Of a stretch of DNA of 64,000 nucleotides, positions 20,501-33,978 are shown one piece after another. The DNA is taken from the NCBI GenBank assembly GCA_020184695.1, contig JAANOX010000083.1, positions 310,001 through 374,000 on the forward strand. The letters run 5' to 3'. The stretch's first letter is position 1. Every line of letters begins with the position of its first letter. Source of the DNA: Histomonas meleagridis 2922-C6/04-290x. Taxonomy: Eukaryota; Protista; Parabasalia. The translations under genes and the position numbers were made by a program. Under the pieces are notes generated by a model that was not told where the DNA came from, searched no databases, and saw only the letters and a list, made by a program, of their open reading frames with translations.

Positions 20501-23500
20501 ACAACCAGCAGAAGACAACAAGAGCAAAGGACCTAAGAAGGTACGTAAGATTATTATCAAGAGAACAAGGAACAACAATAACACTAAGAACGATGAAGAC
20601 ATTGACGAACTTAAGGATGAAGTCACAGAACTTCAAGAAAATCATTGAAGGTGCATCAAAGATGAGGTGAAGAAGCTCAAGATGCAACAACAACAACCAA
20701 CAGAGACCAAACCAACAGAAGAAGAGCCAGTTGTTCAAACGCGTGATGTTAATATCAGTGATTCATCATCCTCATCATCTAAGAAGTCTAAGAAGGATAA
20801 TAAAGATAACAACGAAGACTTACAACCACTTAAGGATGAATTACAACGCCTTGGTGACGAAATCAATAAATTGAAGGACAACAAACCAGAAGACAAACAT
20901 GATGATGATGAAGATAAAGAAGATCTCAAGAATATTAAGAAGTCATTGAAATGCATCAAATATGAGTTGAAGAAACTCAAGATGCAACAACAACAACCAA
21001 CAGAAACTAAACCAGCAGAAGAAGAACCAGTTGTTCAAACACGTGATGTTAACATCAGTGATTCATCATCCTCATCATCTAAGAAGTCTAAGAAGGATAA
21101 TAAAGATAACAACGAAGACTTACAACCAATTAAGGATGAATTACAACGCCTTGGTGACGAAATCAATAAATTGAAGGACAACAAACCAGAAGACAAACAT
21201 GATGATGATAGATAAAGAAGATCTTAAGAATATTAAGAAGTCATTGAAGTGCATCAAATATGAGTTGAAGAAACTCAAACAAATTGTATCAGAAGCCGAA
21301 GAGGAACCAGAAGCAGAAGCAGAATCAGTTGAAGAACAACAACCAACAGAAGAACAACCAGCAGAAGACAACAAGAGCAAAGGACCTAAGAAGGTACGTA
21401 AGATTATTATCAAGAGACCAAGGAACAACAATAACAATGAACGATGAAGACATTGACGAGCTTAAGGATGAAGTTAAGAACTTCAAGAAATCGATCAAAT
21501 GTCTTAAATATGAAGTTAAGAAACTCAAGATGCAACAACAACAACCAGCAGAAACTAAAAACCAACAGAAGAAGAACCAGTTGTTCAAACACGTGATGTT
21601 AATATCAGTGATTCATCATCCTCATCATCTATCTAAGAAGCGATAAGAAAGATAACAACGAAGACTTACAACCAATTAAGGATGAATTACAACGCCTTGG
21701 TGACGAAATCAATAAATTGAAGGACAACAAACCAGAAGACAAACATGATGATGATGAAGATAAAGAAGATCTTAAGAATATTAAGAAAGTCATTGAAGCG
21801 CATCAAATATGAGTTGGAAGAAACTCTCAAAGATGCAACAACAACAACCAACAGAAACTAAACCGAGAAACCAACAGAAGAAGAACCAGTTGTTCAAACA
21901 CGTGATGTTAATATTAGTGATTCATCATCCTCATCATCTAAGAAGCCTAGAATGATAACAACGAAGACTTACAACCAATTAAGGATGAATTACAACGCCT
22001 TGGTGATGAAATCAATAAATTGAAGGACAGCAAACCAGAAGACAAACATGATGATGAAGATAAAGAAGATCTTAAGAATATTAAGAAGTCATTGAAGTGC
22101 ATCAAATATGAGTTGAAGAAACTCAAACAAATTGTATCTGAAGCCGAAGAGGAACCAGAAGCAGAAGCAGAATCAGTTGAAGAAGCAACAAACCAACAGA
22201 AGAACAACCAGCAGAGAGACAACAAGAGCAAAGGACCTAAGAAGGTACGTAAGATTATTATCAAGAAGCCAAGGAACAACAATAACAATAAGAACGATGA
22301 AGACATTGACGAGATTTAAGGATGAAGTCAAGAACTTCAAGAAATCGATCAAATGTCTTAAATATGAAGTTAAGAAACTCAAGAAGCAACAACAACAACC
22401 AACAGAAACCAAACCAACAGAAGAAGAACCAGTTGTTCAAACACGTGATGTTAATATTAGTGATTCATCATCCTCATCATCTAAGAAGCCTAAGAATGAT
22501 AACAACGAAGACTTACAACCAATTAAGGATGAACTCAAATCATTACGTGATGACATAGATAAATTGAAGGATCACAAATTAGAAGACAAACACGATGATG
22601 AAGATAAAGAAGATCTTAAGAATATGAAGAAGTCATTGAAGTGCATCAAATATGAGTTGAAGAAACTCAAACAAATTGTATCTGAAGCCGAAGAGGAACC
22701 AGAAGCAGAAGCAGAATCAGTTGAAGAACAACAACCAACAGAAGAACAACCAGCAGAAGACAACAAGAGCAAAGGACCTAAGAAGGTACGTAAGATTATT
22801 ATCAAGAAGCCAAGGAACAACAATAAGAACGATGAAGATATTGACGAACTTAAGGATGAAGTTAAGAACTTCAAGAAATCGATCAAATGTCTTAAATATG
22901 AAGTTAAGAAACTCAAGATGCAACAACAACAACCAACAGAAACCAAACCAACAGAAGAAGAACCAGTTGTTCAAACACGTGATGTTAATATTAGTGATTC
23001 ATCATCCTCATCATCTAAGAAGCCTAAGAATGATAACAACGAAGACTTACAACCAATTAAGGATGAATTACAACGCCTTGGTGATGAAATCAATAAATTG
23101 AAAGACAGCAAACTAGAAGACAAACACGATGATGAAGATAAAGAAGATCTTAAGAATATTAAGAAGTCATTGAAGTGCATCAAATATGAGTTGAAGAAAC
23201 TCAAGATGCAACAACAACAACCAACAGAAACCAAACCAACAGAAGAAGAACCAGTTGTTCAAACACGTGATGTTAATATTAGTGATTCATCATCCTCATC
23301 ATCTAAGAAGCCAAAGAATGATAACAACGAAGACTTACAACCAATTAAGGATGAATTACAACGCCTTGGTGATGAAATCAATAAATTGAAGGACAGCAAA
23401 CCAGAAGACAAACATGATGATGAAGATAAAGAAGATCTTAAGAATATTAAGAAGTCATTGAAGTGCATCAAATATGAGTTGAAGAAACTCAAACAAATTG

Positions 23501-26500
23501 TATCTGAAGCCGAAGAGGAACCAGAAGCAGAAGCAGAATCAGTTGAAGAACAACAACCAACAGAAGAACAACCAGCAGAAGACAACAAGAGCAAAGGACC
23601 TAAGAAGGTACGTAAGATTATTATCAAGAAGCCAAGGAACAACAATAAGAACGATGAAGATATTGACGAACTTAAGGATGAAGTTAAGAACTTCAAGAAG
23701 TCATTGAAGTGCATCAAATATGAGTTGAAGAAACTCAAGATGCAACAACAACAACCAACAGAAACCAAACCAACAGAAGAAGAACCAGTTGTTCAAACAC
23801 GTGATGTTAATATTAGTGATTCATCATCCTCATCATCTAAGAAGCCTAAGAATGATAACAACGAAGACTTACAACCAATTAAGGATGAACTCAAATCATT
23901 ACGTGATGACATAGATAAATTGAAGGATCACAAACCAGAAGACAAACACGATGATGAAGATAAAGAAGATCTTAAGAATATTAAGAAGTCATTGAAGTGC
24001 ATCAAATATGAGTTGAAGAAACTCAAGATGCAACAACAACAACCAACAGAAACCAAACCAACAGAAGAAGAACCAGTTGTTCAAACACGTGATGTTAATA
24101 TTAGTGATTCATCATCCTCATCATCTAAGAAGCCAAAGAATGATAACAACGAAGACTTACAACCAATTAAGGATGAATTACAACGCCTTGGTGATGAAAT
24201 CAATAAATTGAAGGACAGCAAACCAGAAGACAAACACGATGATGAAGATAAAGAAGATCTTAAGAATATTAAGAAGTCATTGAAGTGCATCAAATATGAG
24301 TTGAAGAAACTCAAACAAATTGTATCTGAAGCCGAAGAGGAACCAGAAGCAGAAGCAGAATCAGTTGAAGAACAACAACCAACAGAAGAACAGCCAGCAG
24401 AAGACAACAAGAGCAAAGGACCTAAGAAGGTACGTAAGATTATTATCAAGAAGCCAAGGAACAACAATAAGAACGATGAAGACATTGAAGAGATTAAGGA
24501 TGAAGTTAAGAACTTCAAGAAATCGATCAAATGTCTTAAATATGAAGTTAAGAAACTCAAGATGCAACAACAACAACCAACAGAAACCAAACCAACAGAA
24601 GAAGAACCAGTTGTTCAAACACGTGATGTTAATATTAGTGATTCATCATCCTCATCATCTAAGAAGCCAAAGAATGATAACAATGAAGACTTACAACCAA
24701 TTAAGGATGAATTACAACGCCTTGGTGATGAAATCAATAAATTGAAAGACAGCAAACCAGAAGACAAACATGATGATGAAGATAAAGAAGATCTTAAGAA
24801 TATGAAGAAGTCATTGAAGTGCATCAAATATGAGTTGAAGAAACTCAAACAAATTGTATCTGAAGCCGAAGAGGAACCAGAAGCAGAAGCAGAATCAGTT
24901 GAAGAACAACAACCAACAGAAGAACAACCAGCAGAAGACAACAAGAGCAAAGGACCTAAGAAGGTACGTAAGATTATTATCAAGAAGCCAAGGAACAACA
25001 ATAAGAACGATGAAGATATTGACGAACTTAAGGATGAAGTTAAGAACTTCAAGAAATCGATCAAATGTCTTAAATATGAAGTTAAGAAACTCAAGATGCA
25101 ACAACAACAAACAACAGAAACCAAACCAAACAGAAGAAGAACCAGTTGTTCAAACACGTGATGTTAATATTAGTGATTCATCATCCCTCATCATCTAAGA
25201 AGCCTAAGAATGATAACAACGAAGACTTACAACCAATTAAGGATGAATTACAACGCCTTGGTGATGAAATCAATAAATTGAAAGACAGCAAACTAGAAGA
25301 CAAACACGATGATGAAGATAAAGAAGATCTTAAGAATATGAAGAAGTCATTGAAGTGCATCAAATATGAGTTGAAGAAACTCAAACAAATTGTATCTGAA
25401 GCCGAAGAGGAACCAGAAGCAGAAGCAGAATCAGTTGAAGAACAACAACCAACAGAAGAACAACCAGCAGAAGACAACAAGAGCAAAGGACCTAAGAAGG
25501 TACGTAAGATTATTATCAAGAAGCCAAGGAACAACAATAAGAACGATGAAGATATTGACGAACTTAAGGATGAAGTTAAGAACTTCAAGAAGTCATTGAA
25601 GTGCATCAAATATGAGTTGAAGAAACTCAAGATGCAACAACAACAACCAACAGAAACCAAACCAACAGAAGAAGAACCAGTTGTTCAAACACGTGATGTT
25701 AATATTAGTGATTCATCATCCTCATCATCTAAGAAGCCTAAGAATGATAACAACGAAGACTTACAAACCAATTAAGGATGAATTACAACGCCTTGGTGAT
25801 GAAATCAATAAATTGAAAGACAGCAAACTAGAAGACAAACACGATGATGAAGATAAAGAAGATCTTAAGAATATGAAGAAGTCATTGAAGTGCATCAAAT
25901 ATGAGTTGAAGAAACTCAAACAAATTGTATCTGAAGCCGAAGAGGAACCAGAAGCAGAAGCAGAATCAGTTGAAGAACAACAACCAACAGAAGAACAACC
26001 AGCAGAAGACAACAAGAGCAAAGGACCTAAGAAGGTACGTAAGATTATTATCAAGAAGCCAAGGAACAACAATAAGAACGATGAAGACATTGAAGAGATT
26101 AAGGATGAAGTTAAGAACTTCAAGAAATCGATCAAATGTCTTAAATATGAAGTTAAGAAACTCAAGATGCAACAACAACAACCAACAGAAACCAAACCAA
26201 CAGAAGAAGAACCAGTTGTTCAAACACGTGATGTTAATATTAGTGATTCATCATCCTCATCATCTAAGAAGCCAAAGAATGATAACAACGAAGACTTACA
26301 ACCAATTAAGGATGAACTCAAATCATTACGTGATGACATAGATAAATTGAAGGACAGCAAACTAGAAGACAAACAAGATGATGAAGATAAAGAAGATCTT
26401 AAGAATATTAAGAAGTCATTGAAGTGCATCAAATATGAGTTGAAGAAACTCAAACAAATTGTATCTGAAGCCGAAGAGGAACCAGAAGCAGAAGCAGAAT

Positions 26501-28020
26501 CAGTTGAAGAACAACAACCAACAGAAGAACAACCAGCAGAAGACAACAAGAGCAAAGGACCTAAGAAGGTACGTAAGATTATTATTAAGAAGCCAAGGAA
26601 CAACAATAAGAACGATGAAGACATTGAAGAGATTAAGGATGAAGTTAAGAACTTCAAGAAGTCATTGAAGTGCATCAAATATGAGTTGAAGAAACTCAAG
26701 ATGCAACAACAACAACCAACAGAAACCAAACCAACAGAAGAAGAACCAGTTGTTCAAACACGTGATGTTAATATTAGTGATTCATCATCCTCATCATCTA
26801 AGAAGCCTAAGAATGATAACAACGAAGACTTACAACCAATTAAGGATGAACTCAAATCATTACGTGATGACATAGATAAATTGAAGGATCACAAACCAGA
26901 AGACAAACACGATGATGAAGATAAAGAAGATCTTAAGAATATGAAGAAGTCATTGAAGTGCATCAAATATGAGTTGAAGAAACTCAAGATGCAACAACAA
27001 CAACCAACAGAAACTAAACCAACAGAAGAAGAACCAGTTGTTCAAACACGTGATGTTAATATTAGTGATTCATCATCCTCATCATCTAAGAAGCCTAAGA
27101 ATGATAACAATGAAGACTTACAACCAATTAAGGATGAATTACAACGCCTTGGTGATGAAATCAATAAATTGAAAGACAGCAAACCAGAAGACAAACACGA
27201 TGATGAAGATAAAGAAGATCTTAAGAATATTAAGAAGTCATTGAAGTGCATCAAATATGAGTTGAAGAAACTCAAACAAAACTCTGTTTCTCAACAAATT
27301 ACACCAATAGATATTGATGAAACAAACAATTCCGATAAATCTGAAAAGTCTGCTAATTCTGATAAGAGCAAAGGTCCAAGAAAAGTTAGAAAAGTTGTTA
27401 TCAAACGTACAAAGAAACCAGAAGATAAAAATGACAATACCCTTCATAAAATTAAGAACATTGTTAAGAAACATAGTAAATCATTGAAATGCATTAAATA
27501 TGAGTTGAAGAAACTCAAACTTGCACAATCCACAAATGCTTATGAACAAGCACCAATTAAGAATGAAAATGAAAATGTCCAACGTAAACCATCTGATAAT
27601 GAAGAACAACTTAATGAATTCAAGGAAGAAATCAAACAACAAAATCACATCATTAAATGCCTTAAGTATGAAATCAAGAAACTTAAATTACTTCCACAAA
27701 TTCCTTCAACAACTACTCAATACAATGAAACTATACCAGAAGAAGAACCATCAGTTCATACACGTGATGTTAATATCAGTGATAGTTCAAGTTCCACTGA
27801 TTCATCTGATGAAAAGAACAAATCTAAGAAATCACGTAAGCCTAAATCTAAGCACTCCAAGAAACCAGAACACGAACAAGTTTCACCCGATGTTTGGGAT
27901 GCAATCAAAGAGATCAAAGAGCGATTAGACTCTATCCAACGTCCACAACTTTACCAAATCTTTGTTGATTTGCCAGAATCCGATGCAACACAATTAATTT
28001 TCCGTGGAAAAGCGGACTAA
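17568..28020 (+). CDS. Giant modular coiled-coil repeat protein (copy 1; ~3450 aa if frameshifts are corrected)
   Basis: A unique N-terminal coiled coil (17568-~18780) is followed by tandem modules A (96 aa) and B (82 aa), each ending KSLKCIKYELKKLK, then a unique C-terminus ending LIFRGKAD* at 28020. About 36 KC(I/L)KYE motifs by manual count. Scattered 1-nt indels split it into many track ORFs. Confidence 0.8.
18780..27280 (+). repeat. Coding tandem array of 288-nt (A) and 246-nt (B) modules
   Basis: Recurring caacaacaaccaacagaaaccaaacc (A start) and caaattgtatc(a/t)gaagc (B start). The A+B period of 534 nt is visible in shadow ORFs (24320 vs 24854). Confidence 0.95.
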
Positions 28021-28129
28021 CGAAATTAAATAAATCAAATCAAATATAAATTTTTTTTTTACTGAATTGATTATTCTAAACTCAAAATCATAAATGCGAA
28101 AAAATGCTCGAATTGAAATACACATATAG

Positions 28130-29880
28130 CGAAATACAAAAAACACTGACAATTAGTCCTGGAAGATCCAGAGCTCACAAGAATGCTCAATAAGAAATTT
28201 GATTCAAAAATACAGCTGTTTGCTTTTTGTTTGGCTTGCTTTACAAAAGTAAATGTCCAAAATTGAGAAGTTTACGAATGCTCTTAAAAAAAATATTTTG
28301 CTAAAACGCTGTCAACCAAATAAACGGTCTTATCAAATCAGAAAATCAATTTTTTTCATCTTCAACTGAATCAATTTTAAAAAAAATATAAATAAATAAG
28401 TATACACATTCTATTCAATAAAATTATTTTAACCAAATTTTGTTATCTTGTATTTATATGAGCAATCTCCAAAATTTCAAAATGTTTTTTTGGGTTTTAG
28501 GATTAAATACAGGTGTTCAAATTCAATAAATATATAGAACTAATAATAGTCAATATTAATTTATATAATTTTTGTGTAGTTTTCATTTTGTTTTTAAGTT
28601 ATACGAGATTTTCAATATCTATAGATCAGAACAAAAATTCGATAATCTGTCTTTACAATTTTGAAATTAAAAAAAAATTTCATAAGAGGGAAAATTGGTT
28701 GACAGTGTCTTATTTTGTGTTACAAAAGTAAATGTCTCGCTTGATAAAAGTAAATATCTGCATTTCTAAATTGTATATTTCTTATTATTTATTGCCTTAA
28801 AGAGTGCATTTTCATAATTAATACTCAATAAAAAAAATTAAAAGATATACAAATTATTAAACTACTATTATAAATTCTATGTTCATCGAAAAATATCAAA
28901 AAATTAAATTTTTCAAAATAATGAATAATTATTTGATTACTAATTTTTAAAAAAAATCAATGCTCAAAATAATCTATATATCATCATAGATATGTTTTAT
29001 GAATTCAAAATGTTTTTGCTAAAATAAATGGAGAGAAAAAGTATATTTAATTTGGTGCTCATCACACCTGTACCCCAATAGGGAAAAAAATAATTAGGGC
29101 ACAAATAATTCAAATAAAGTGTTGTGTCAAATAAATTTTCATTCAATTTTACGATGTTTACTTTTGTAAAGCAAGCCAAACAAAAAGCAAACAGCTGTAT
29201 CAATTCGCACAATCGCAAGAAAAAGAAATGAGCTTGGCTTTAAATATCGTTCTCCAATGACGATTCAAGCATTGTCAGAAGAACATAAACAAATGAGAGT
29301 TCAGTTTTGCCAATATTTGATAATCAAGACAAAATGCCCAATATTGTATTCTTAGATGAAAGCCGCTTCCAGATGGAACCAGAAAACGAGTGGAGACGAA
29401 TTTAAAGAGGGGATTGGAACGATTCTTGTTTTGCACAAAAAGAAAAATATTATCTAAGTATTATGGTGTGAACTTTAGATAATATATTATTTTATGCTCA
29501 CCACATGAAAATTCAATAGAATATGTAAGAATCTTGAATGATAGTCGAATACTTGATAAATGTGATATGAAATATGGTCGCTATAAATGAAGTTTCATGT
29601 AAGATGGAGCCCCATGCCATACTTCAAATCACACAATGAACTGGCTAAAAGAAAAAGTAATTTTAGTGTCATGATGGCTTATTAACTCCCCAGACTTAGA
29701 CCCTATCGAAAACATTTGGGATAATCAAAAGAAAATTAACTTTGAAATAGACTATTTTGAAGAACTGCAATGACATTTATTTAGTAGTTGCCTCAGTTTG
29801 GTGCTTACTTGACGAAAATTTAATTAATTTACCTCTGAAAGATTTTATTAGAATATGTGAAATTGTGCATAAGGCATAAT
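28130..29880 (+). mobile_element. Degenerate Tc1-type (DD34E) transposase remnant, interrupted by a MITE
   Basis: After excising 28213-29199 it reads LVLEDPELT-RMLNKKFDSKISIRTIARKRNELGFKYRSP..., then IVFLDESRF, DGAPCHTS...NSPDLDPIENIW (34 residues between D and E), with stops. Ends approximate; TIRs not found. Confidence 0.8.
28213..29197. mobile_element. Non-autonomous TIR element (MITE-like, 985 bp) with perfect 41-bp TIRs and TA target duplication
   Basis: TA|CAGCTGTTTGCTTTTTGTTTGGCTTGCTTTACAAAAGTAAA (28213-28253) and its exact reverse complement at 29157-29197|TA. No coding capacity inside. Confidence 0.9.
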
Positions 29881-30069
29881 TATCGGAGATTTAACTTTTT
29901 GTATTGACTATATGAAGCAGAAAATGCAGATTTTATCAAATATAACATGCTGAACTTATTAAATTAATACAATGAAAAATATTTTTTATGTATTATAGAT
30001 GATAATTTTATATTATACAAAACAATTTTCAATGAATTTATATAATAATAAGAAGTCTGTAACAAAATA

Positions 30070-31364
30070 TAGGGTGTTCCACCCCAACCGTAGTATCTCA
30101 CTAATTTTTAATATTTTTTAGATTTATTTATCAAAATGAAATGTTTATTAAATATACTTACCATTTGTATCAATGACTTATTTAAGTCTCCTTTTCCATT
30201 AGTCAAAAACGCTTTGCGATGTATCTTTCGGTATATCTAATAAGATTGGAGTCACTTCGTGTTCAACCTCTTCTCTACTCTCGTATTGATATCCTTCCAT
30301 TTTTCTGTTTACATATCCATAAAGGAAAAAGTCTGAAGGAGCTATATCTGGGGAGTAGGGGGATGAGGTGCCTTTTTGAGCTTGTTGGAGTCCATATATA
30401 AAGTTGTGAATCTGGACGTATGCGGTTTTGCATTGTCGGCATGTACAGCAATTTTTCTTGTGTCCTTTTTAAAGTTTGTACCATTCTTTTTTGAAAGTTT
30501 TGATACAAAATATTTCACATAATATTGTGAATTAAATGTTTCACCCTTTGCAAGAAAGTCAATAACAATTTATCCGTGGGGATCCCAAAAAATCGTCAAC
30601 ATTACTTTTTTTTGAGTAATAGTCCTTTTGCTTATTGTATATCGTGGTGTTCCTCGTGGTATCCATTGTCGAACATAATAATGATCATAATAGGACCAGG
30701 ACTCGTTACCTGTTGCAAAATATTTATAACTGTTATGTTTTGCAATTAATAATGTTTTTAAAAGTTATATTGATTTGATGACTCTTTGTTTTTTAATATC
30801 TTCCGTGAGTAAATGTGGAACCCAATTTAAAAGTTTATTTTCATATCCAAGCTTTTCAGCAAGATGCCTATATACAGTAGTGTTTGGAATCTTCGTTAAC
30901 TTAGCTATTTGTCTTATTGAAGCATATGGTAATATATTTAAAATTTCCAAAATTTTTAAAATCAACATTTTCGTCAATAGTGAAAATCGGTTCACTAATG
31001 TTATATGACATTGTTTGACTAAAACTTCTTTGTCTGAGGTATTTACATACTGCTGAGTATGAAATACATTCTTCTCTATATATGATCTTCATTTCCGTAT
31101 GAATTTCTTTTGCTACATTCCCTTCATCGCAAGATATATCGTGATTGATTTTTGATCGAGCTCCTTTATGGTGGAGTATAAATTTTAAACGTCATTCTTT
31201 TGCATTCAATCGAAGAAATATCGACTATTAGTTGACGATAGACATGACAAAAAAAGTGTTTCTAATAAAAAAAAAACCATTAAATTTAGTGTTTTCATTC
31301 ATATAAAAAATCAGTTGTATCTATCCTATATAAAGAGATACTACGGTTAAGGTGGAACACCCTA
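30070..31364 (-). mobile_element. Full-length but inactivated mariner (DD34D-type) element, ~1295 bp
   Basis: TIRs TAGGGTGTTCCACC(CC/TT)AACCGTAGTATCTC at both ends (2 mismatches), flanked by TA. Minus-strand transposase pieces: WVPHLLT, ATGNESW (first D mutated to N), HADNAKPH, PYSPDIAPSDFFLYG, with frameshifts and stops. Confidence 0.92.
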
Positions 31365-31929
31365 TAAATCATATAAAGTAAAATTTATGAAATTCCTCGA
31401 AGAAAATGTAATCCAAATAGTTTTAACAAAAGTTAAATACATACAGCGATACAGAAAATGTGAAAATTTAGTGTTAAGAATCGAAGATTTTTGTGGACCG
31501 GGTCAAAACCGTTAACAATCTGAATACACATGTAAAACACTATCACATAGGTGTCAAATAAACTGTTACCAAATAAGTTGTAGTGCGATAGGAACGATAG
31601 TGCCAAATGTCATCTGAAGAAATGAAGAGAGATAGAATATTCAAAGAATTAATCGGGTTTACACATCAATCGTTTTTAGGACAACTCCCCGGAGAATCAA
31701 AGCAACATGCAACATATCGATCATTATTATTCGGCTTGATTCATCAAAGTAATTAATTAATATAGTTATAAATCTCATAATTCATACTAAAAATAATTTA
31801 TAATAATATTGTTATGAATTGTTTAATTTGTCGAAAAAAATTTATATTTATGAGTCGAATTTAATGAAAATGGCTGTTTAATTTTTATTTTTAATTTCAA
31901 ATACAGCTTGACCAGGGGTCAATTGCGGT

Positions 31930-32733
31930 TTTGTTACACTTGCTGGAGAAAATTCGAAAATCTGTATACACAGAAATGAAGCTTGCTATACAAAATAATC
32001 GTGTATCATATTCAACAATAACAGAATATATTAAATATTAAAACACATCAAAAATCGTCAAGAAGTTGAATGAGACTGTAGATTTCGACCATGTTAAAAT
32101 CGTAAATGAGAAAATTTTATATGTACTCGATGAAGAACCATTTGCATCAGTTCGTTATATAGCTAACATCACAGGCATTCCAAAAAGCACAGTACATTAT
32201 CATTTGACCCACATTCTCGATTATTAAAACATGCATTTGAAATGGGTTCCCCACAAATTAACCGATGAACAAAAAAAAGTTAGAGTTCCAATGTCAAAAG
32301 CTCTTATTAAAGATTTCAGATCAGCAAGACACCATAGTTTTACATATTTCGTTACAGGAGATGAGTCATGGTTTGAAAATACATATTATCCATTAAGCCA
32401 ATGGTTACCCATCGGATCTCAACCACAAACACGTTCAATAAGATTTTAACCTATAAAAAACTTATGATGACGGTTTTTTGGAATCCAACAGGAATAAAGT
32501 TAGTTGACTTTCTCCCGAAAAGAGAATAATTTAATTCAGACTACAACTCAAATAATATTATTAAGAAGGTATCAAAAATATACAATTGATATCCGGATAA
32601 TGAAGGAAGAAGATTAACCGTCCATGCCAATAAAGCAAGTCTCCATGTTCCTAAAAGTACGACAAATGTAATGTCATAAAATGAGTCTAAACGAGGCACC
32701 TAATCCACCTTATTCACATGATATAGCCCCTTA
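31930..32733 (+). mobile_element. Second, divergent mariner transposase remnant (3'-truncated)
   Basis: EEPFASVRYIA...WVPHKLT...VTGDESWF...MMTVFWNPTG...VHANKASLH...degenerate PYSxDIAP, ending abruptly at ~32733. No TIRs found. Confidence 0.8.
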
Positions 32734-33199
32734 AAACATTTTGGGCATGCATTGTAAATAATAAATACTTCAAATGAACTTTGTTGATATCTTCTTAAAA
32801 CTTTTTGTTGACATTTTGTACAATTACTCATTAAATTTGCAATCGTTCCAGAAATAGAAATCCATTTTCAAACAAAAAGTGCAGAATAAATTATTATAAT
32901 TTCATTTCTGAACATCATCTATTTCAATGATTGGACATATGCAAAAGGTGTTTTTTGATCTGCACCAAGCTTATGATTTTGCCTGTCAACGATAATATTA
33001 AAACCTGGTACTTGAACAAAATGCTCATTAATGTAACTTAGCAACAAAAATATTATATGATTAAAAATTTCTTCCAATTTATCAATATTTCTCAAATTGA
33101 CATGATCAAAAAATGACGCACATTGAAGGATAATTTAAAATATCATATCATCGATTCGACGGTTTTTAACTAAAAAAATTGACCGTTTGACCACATCAA

Positions 33200-33978
33200 A
33201 AATAAACGTCTTCGTTGAATCGTTGGCATTAAAAACTGGTGGAAATTATGCTCCAGCCCTTGATATAGTTGCTACAACAGTAAAGCTTATGTAATCATCA
33301 TAAAGTTGTGCATAAACTTCTTCCTGTTTTTTCATAATGAATAATATTATTGGTTTCTCATGAAAACATAGTTCCATGAGATTTCATTCATATTGATGAT
33401 ATCATCGCTGTCATAATTTGCAATAGCCTGTAAGTAAAGTCTGATGAAATTCATCGACTTCTTTTTGATTAATTTCAGATCGTTTCTTCTTTTTCATGTT
33501 CCTAAATGATAGATTGTTTCTGATAGAGAAATCACTCACAGAGTGATATGAAAAAGATGTATCAATATTTTTCCTATTTATCGATTTCCAAAATTCCATA
33601 AATAAATTTAAAAGCCGTTTTCTCTTAATAACTAATCCTGTAAGAATATATTGTGTTCTTAGAAAATCTGTAACAGCTTCCTCTTGCTCTTGAGTAAATC
33701 TTTATCTCCAAGCACCATATTGTTTCCCAGTGCGATAACGTTTGTCATCTTTATACTCCTTCTTCCATTTTGATAAAACGTATGAAGGAATATCTGTTTG
33801 ATTTTGAATTTCAATTAATTTAACACCATTGTCAAATGCTTTTATGATTTCTTCTACAAATTAATTATCTTCATGATATCTTGTCCAACAACACACAAAC
33901 AGCACAACTACATGAGCCCTTAGGGCTATGCCCATGGTCCCCTTCGTTGTATATTGTTATGAGACATTTATTATAAAA
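33200..33978 (-). mobile_element. pogo-like (DDE_1) transposase pseudogene, 5' portion
   Basis: Minus strand: HTH-like N-terminus (EIIKAFDNGVKL..IPSYVLSKWKKEY), then IINMNEISWNY...FTVVATISRAGA*FPPVF, resembling the pogo/CENP-B DDE_1 pattern NMDET...FTV.ATIS.SG..LPP.F; multiple stops. Confidence 0.6.

Noticed and set aside
18880-25770. Frameshifts in the giant repeat genes as programmed frameshifting or pseudogenisation
   Set aside because: They are mostly 1-nt indels in homopolymers, sporadic among otherwise identical units and clustered in garbled stretches (19550-22320). This is typical of unpolished long-read error in repeats; it needs read-level confirmation.
18780-27280. CRISPR-like array
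   Set aside because: The repeats are long in-frame protein modules in a eukaryotic locus, with no unique spacers and no cas genes.
17682-27474. Many minus-strand Ser/Leu/Phe-rich ORFs (and the plus-strand equivalents at 47662-52020) and alternate-frame Asn/Gln-rich ORFs
   Set aside because: Shadow frames of the repetitive coding strand; they recur with the module period and have no independent signal.
28508-29072. Nested second MITE bounded by TA-CAGGTG ... CACCTG-TA
   Set aside because: Only 6-7 bp of inverted match, and the interval contains motifs of the outer MITE's TIR; insufficient support.
32735-33200. Possible kinase-like fragment on the minus strand
   Set aside because: Only a vague resemblance, with no catalytic motifs.
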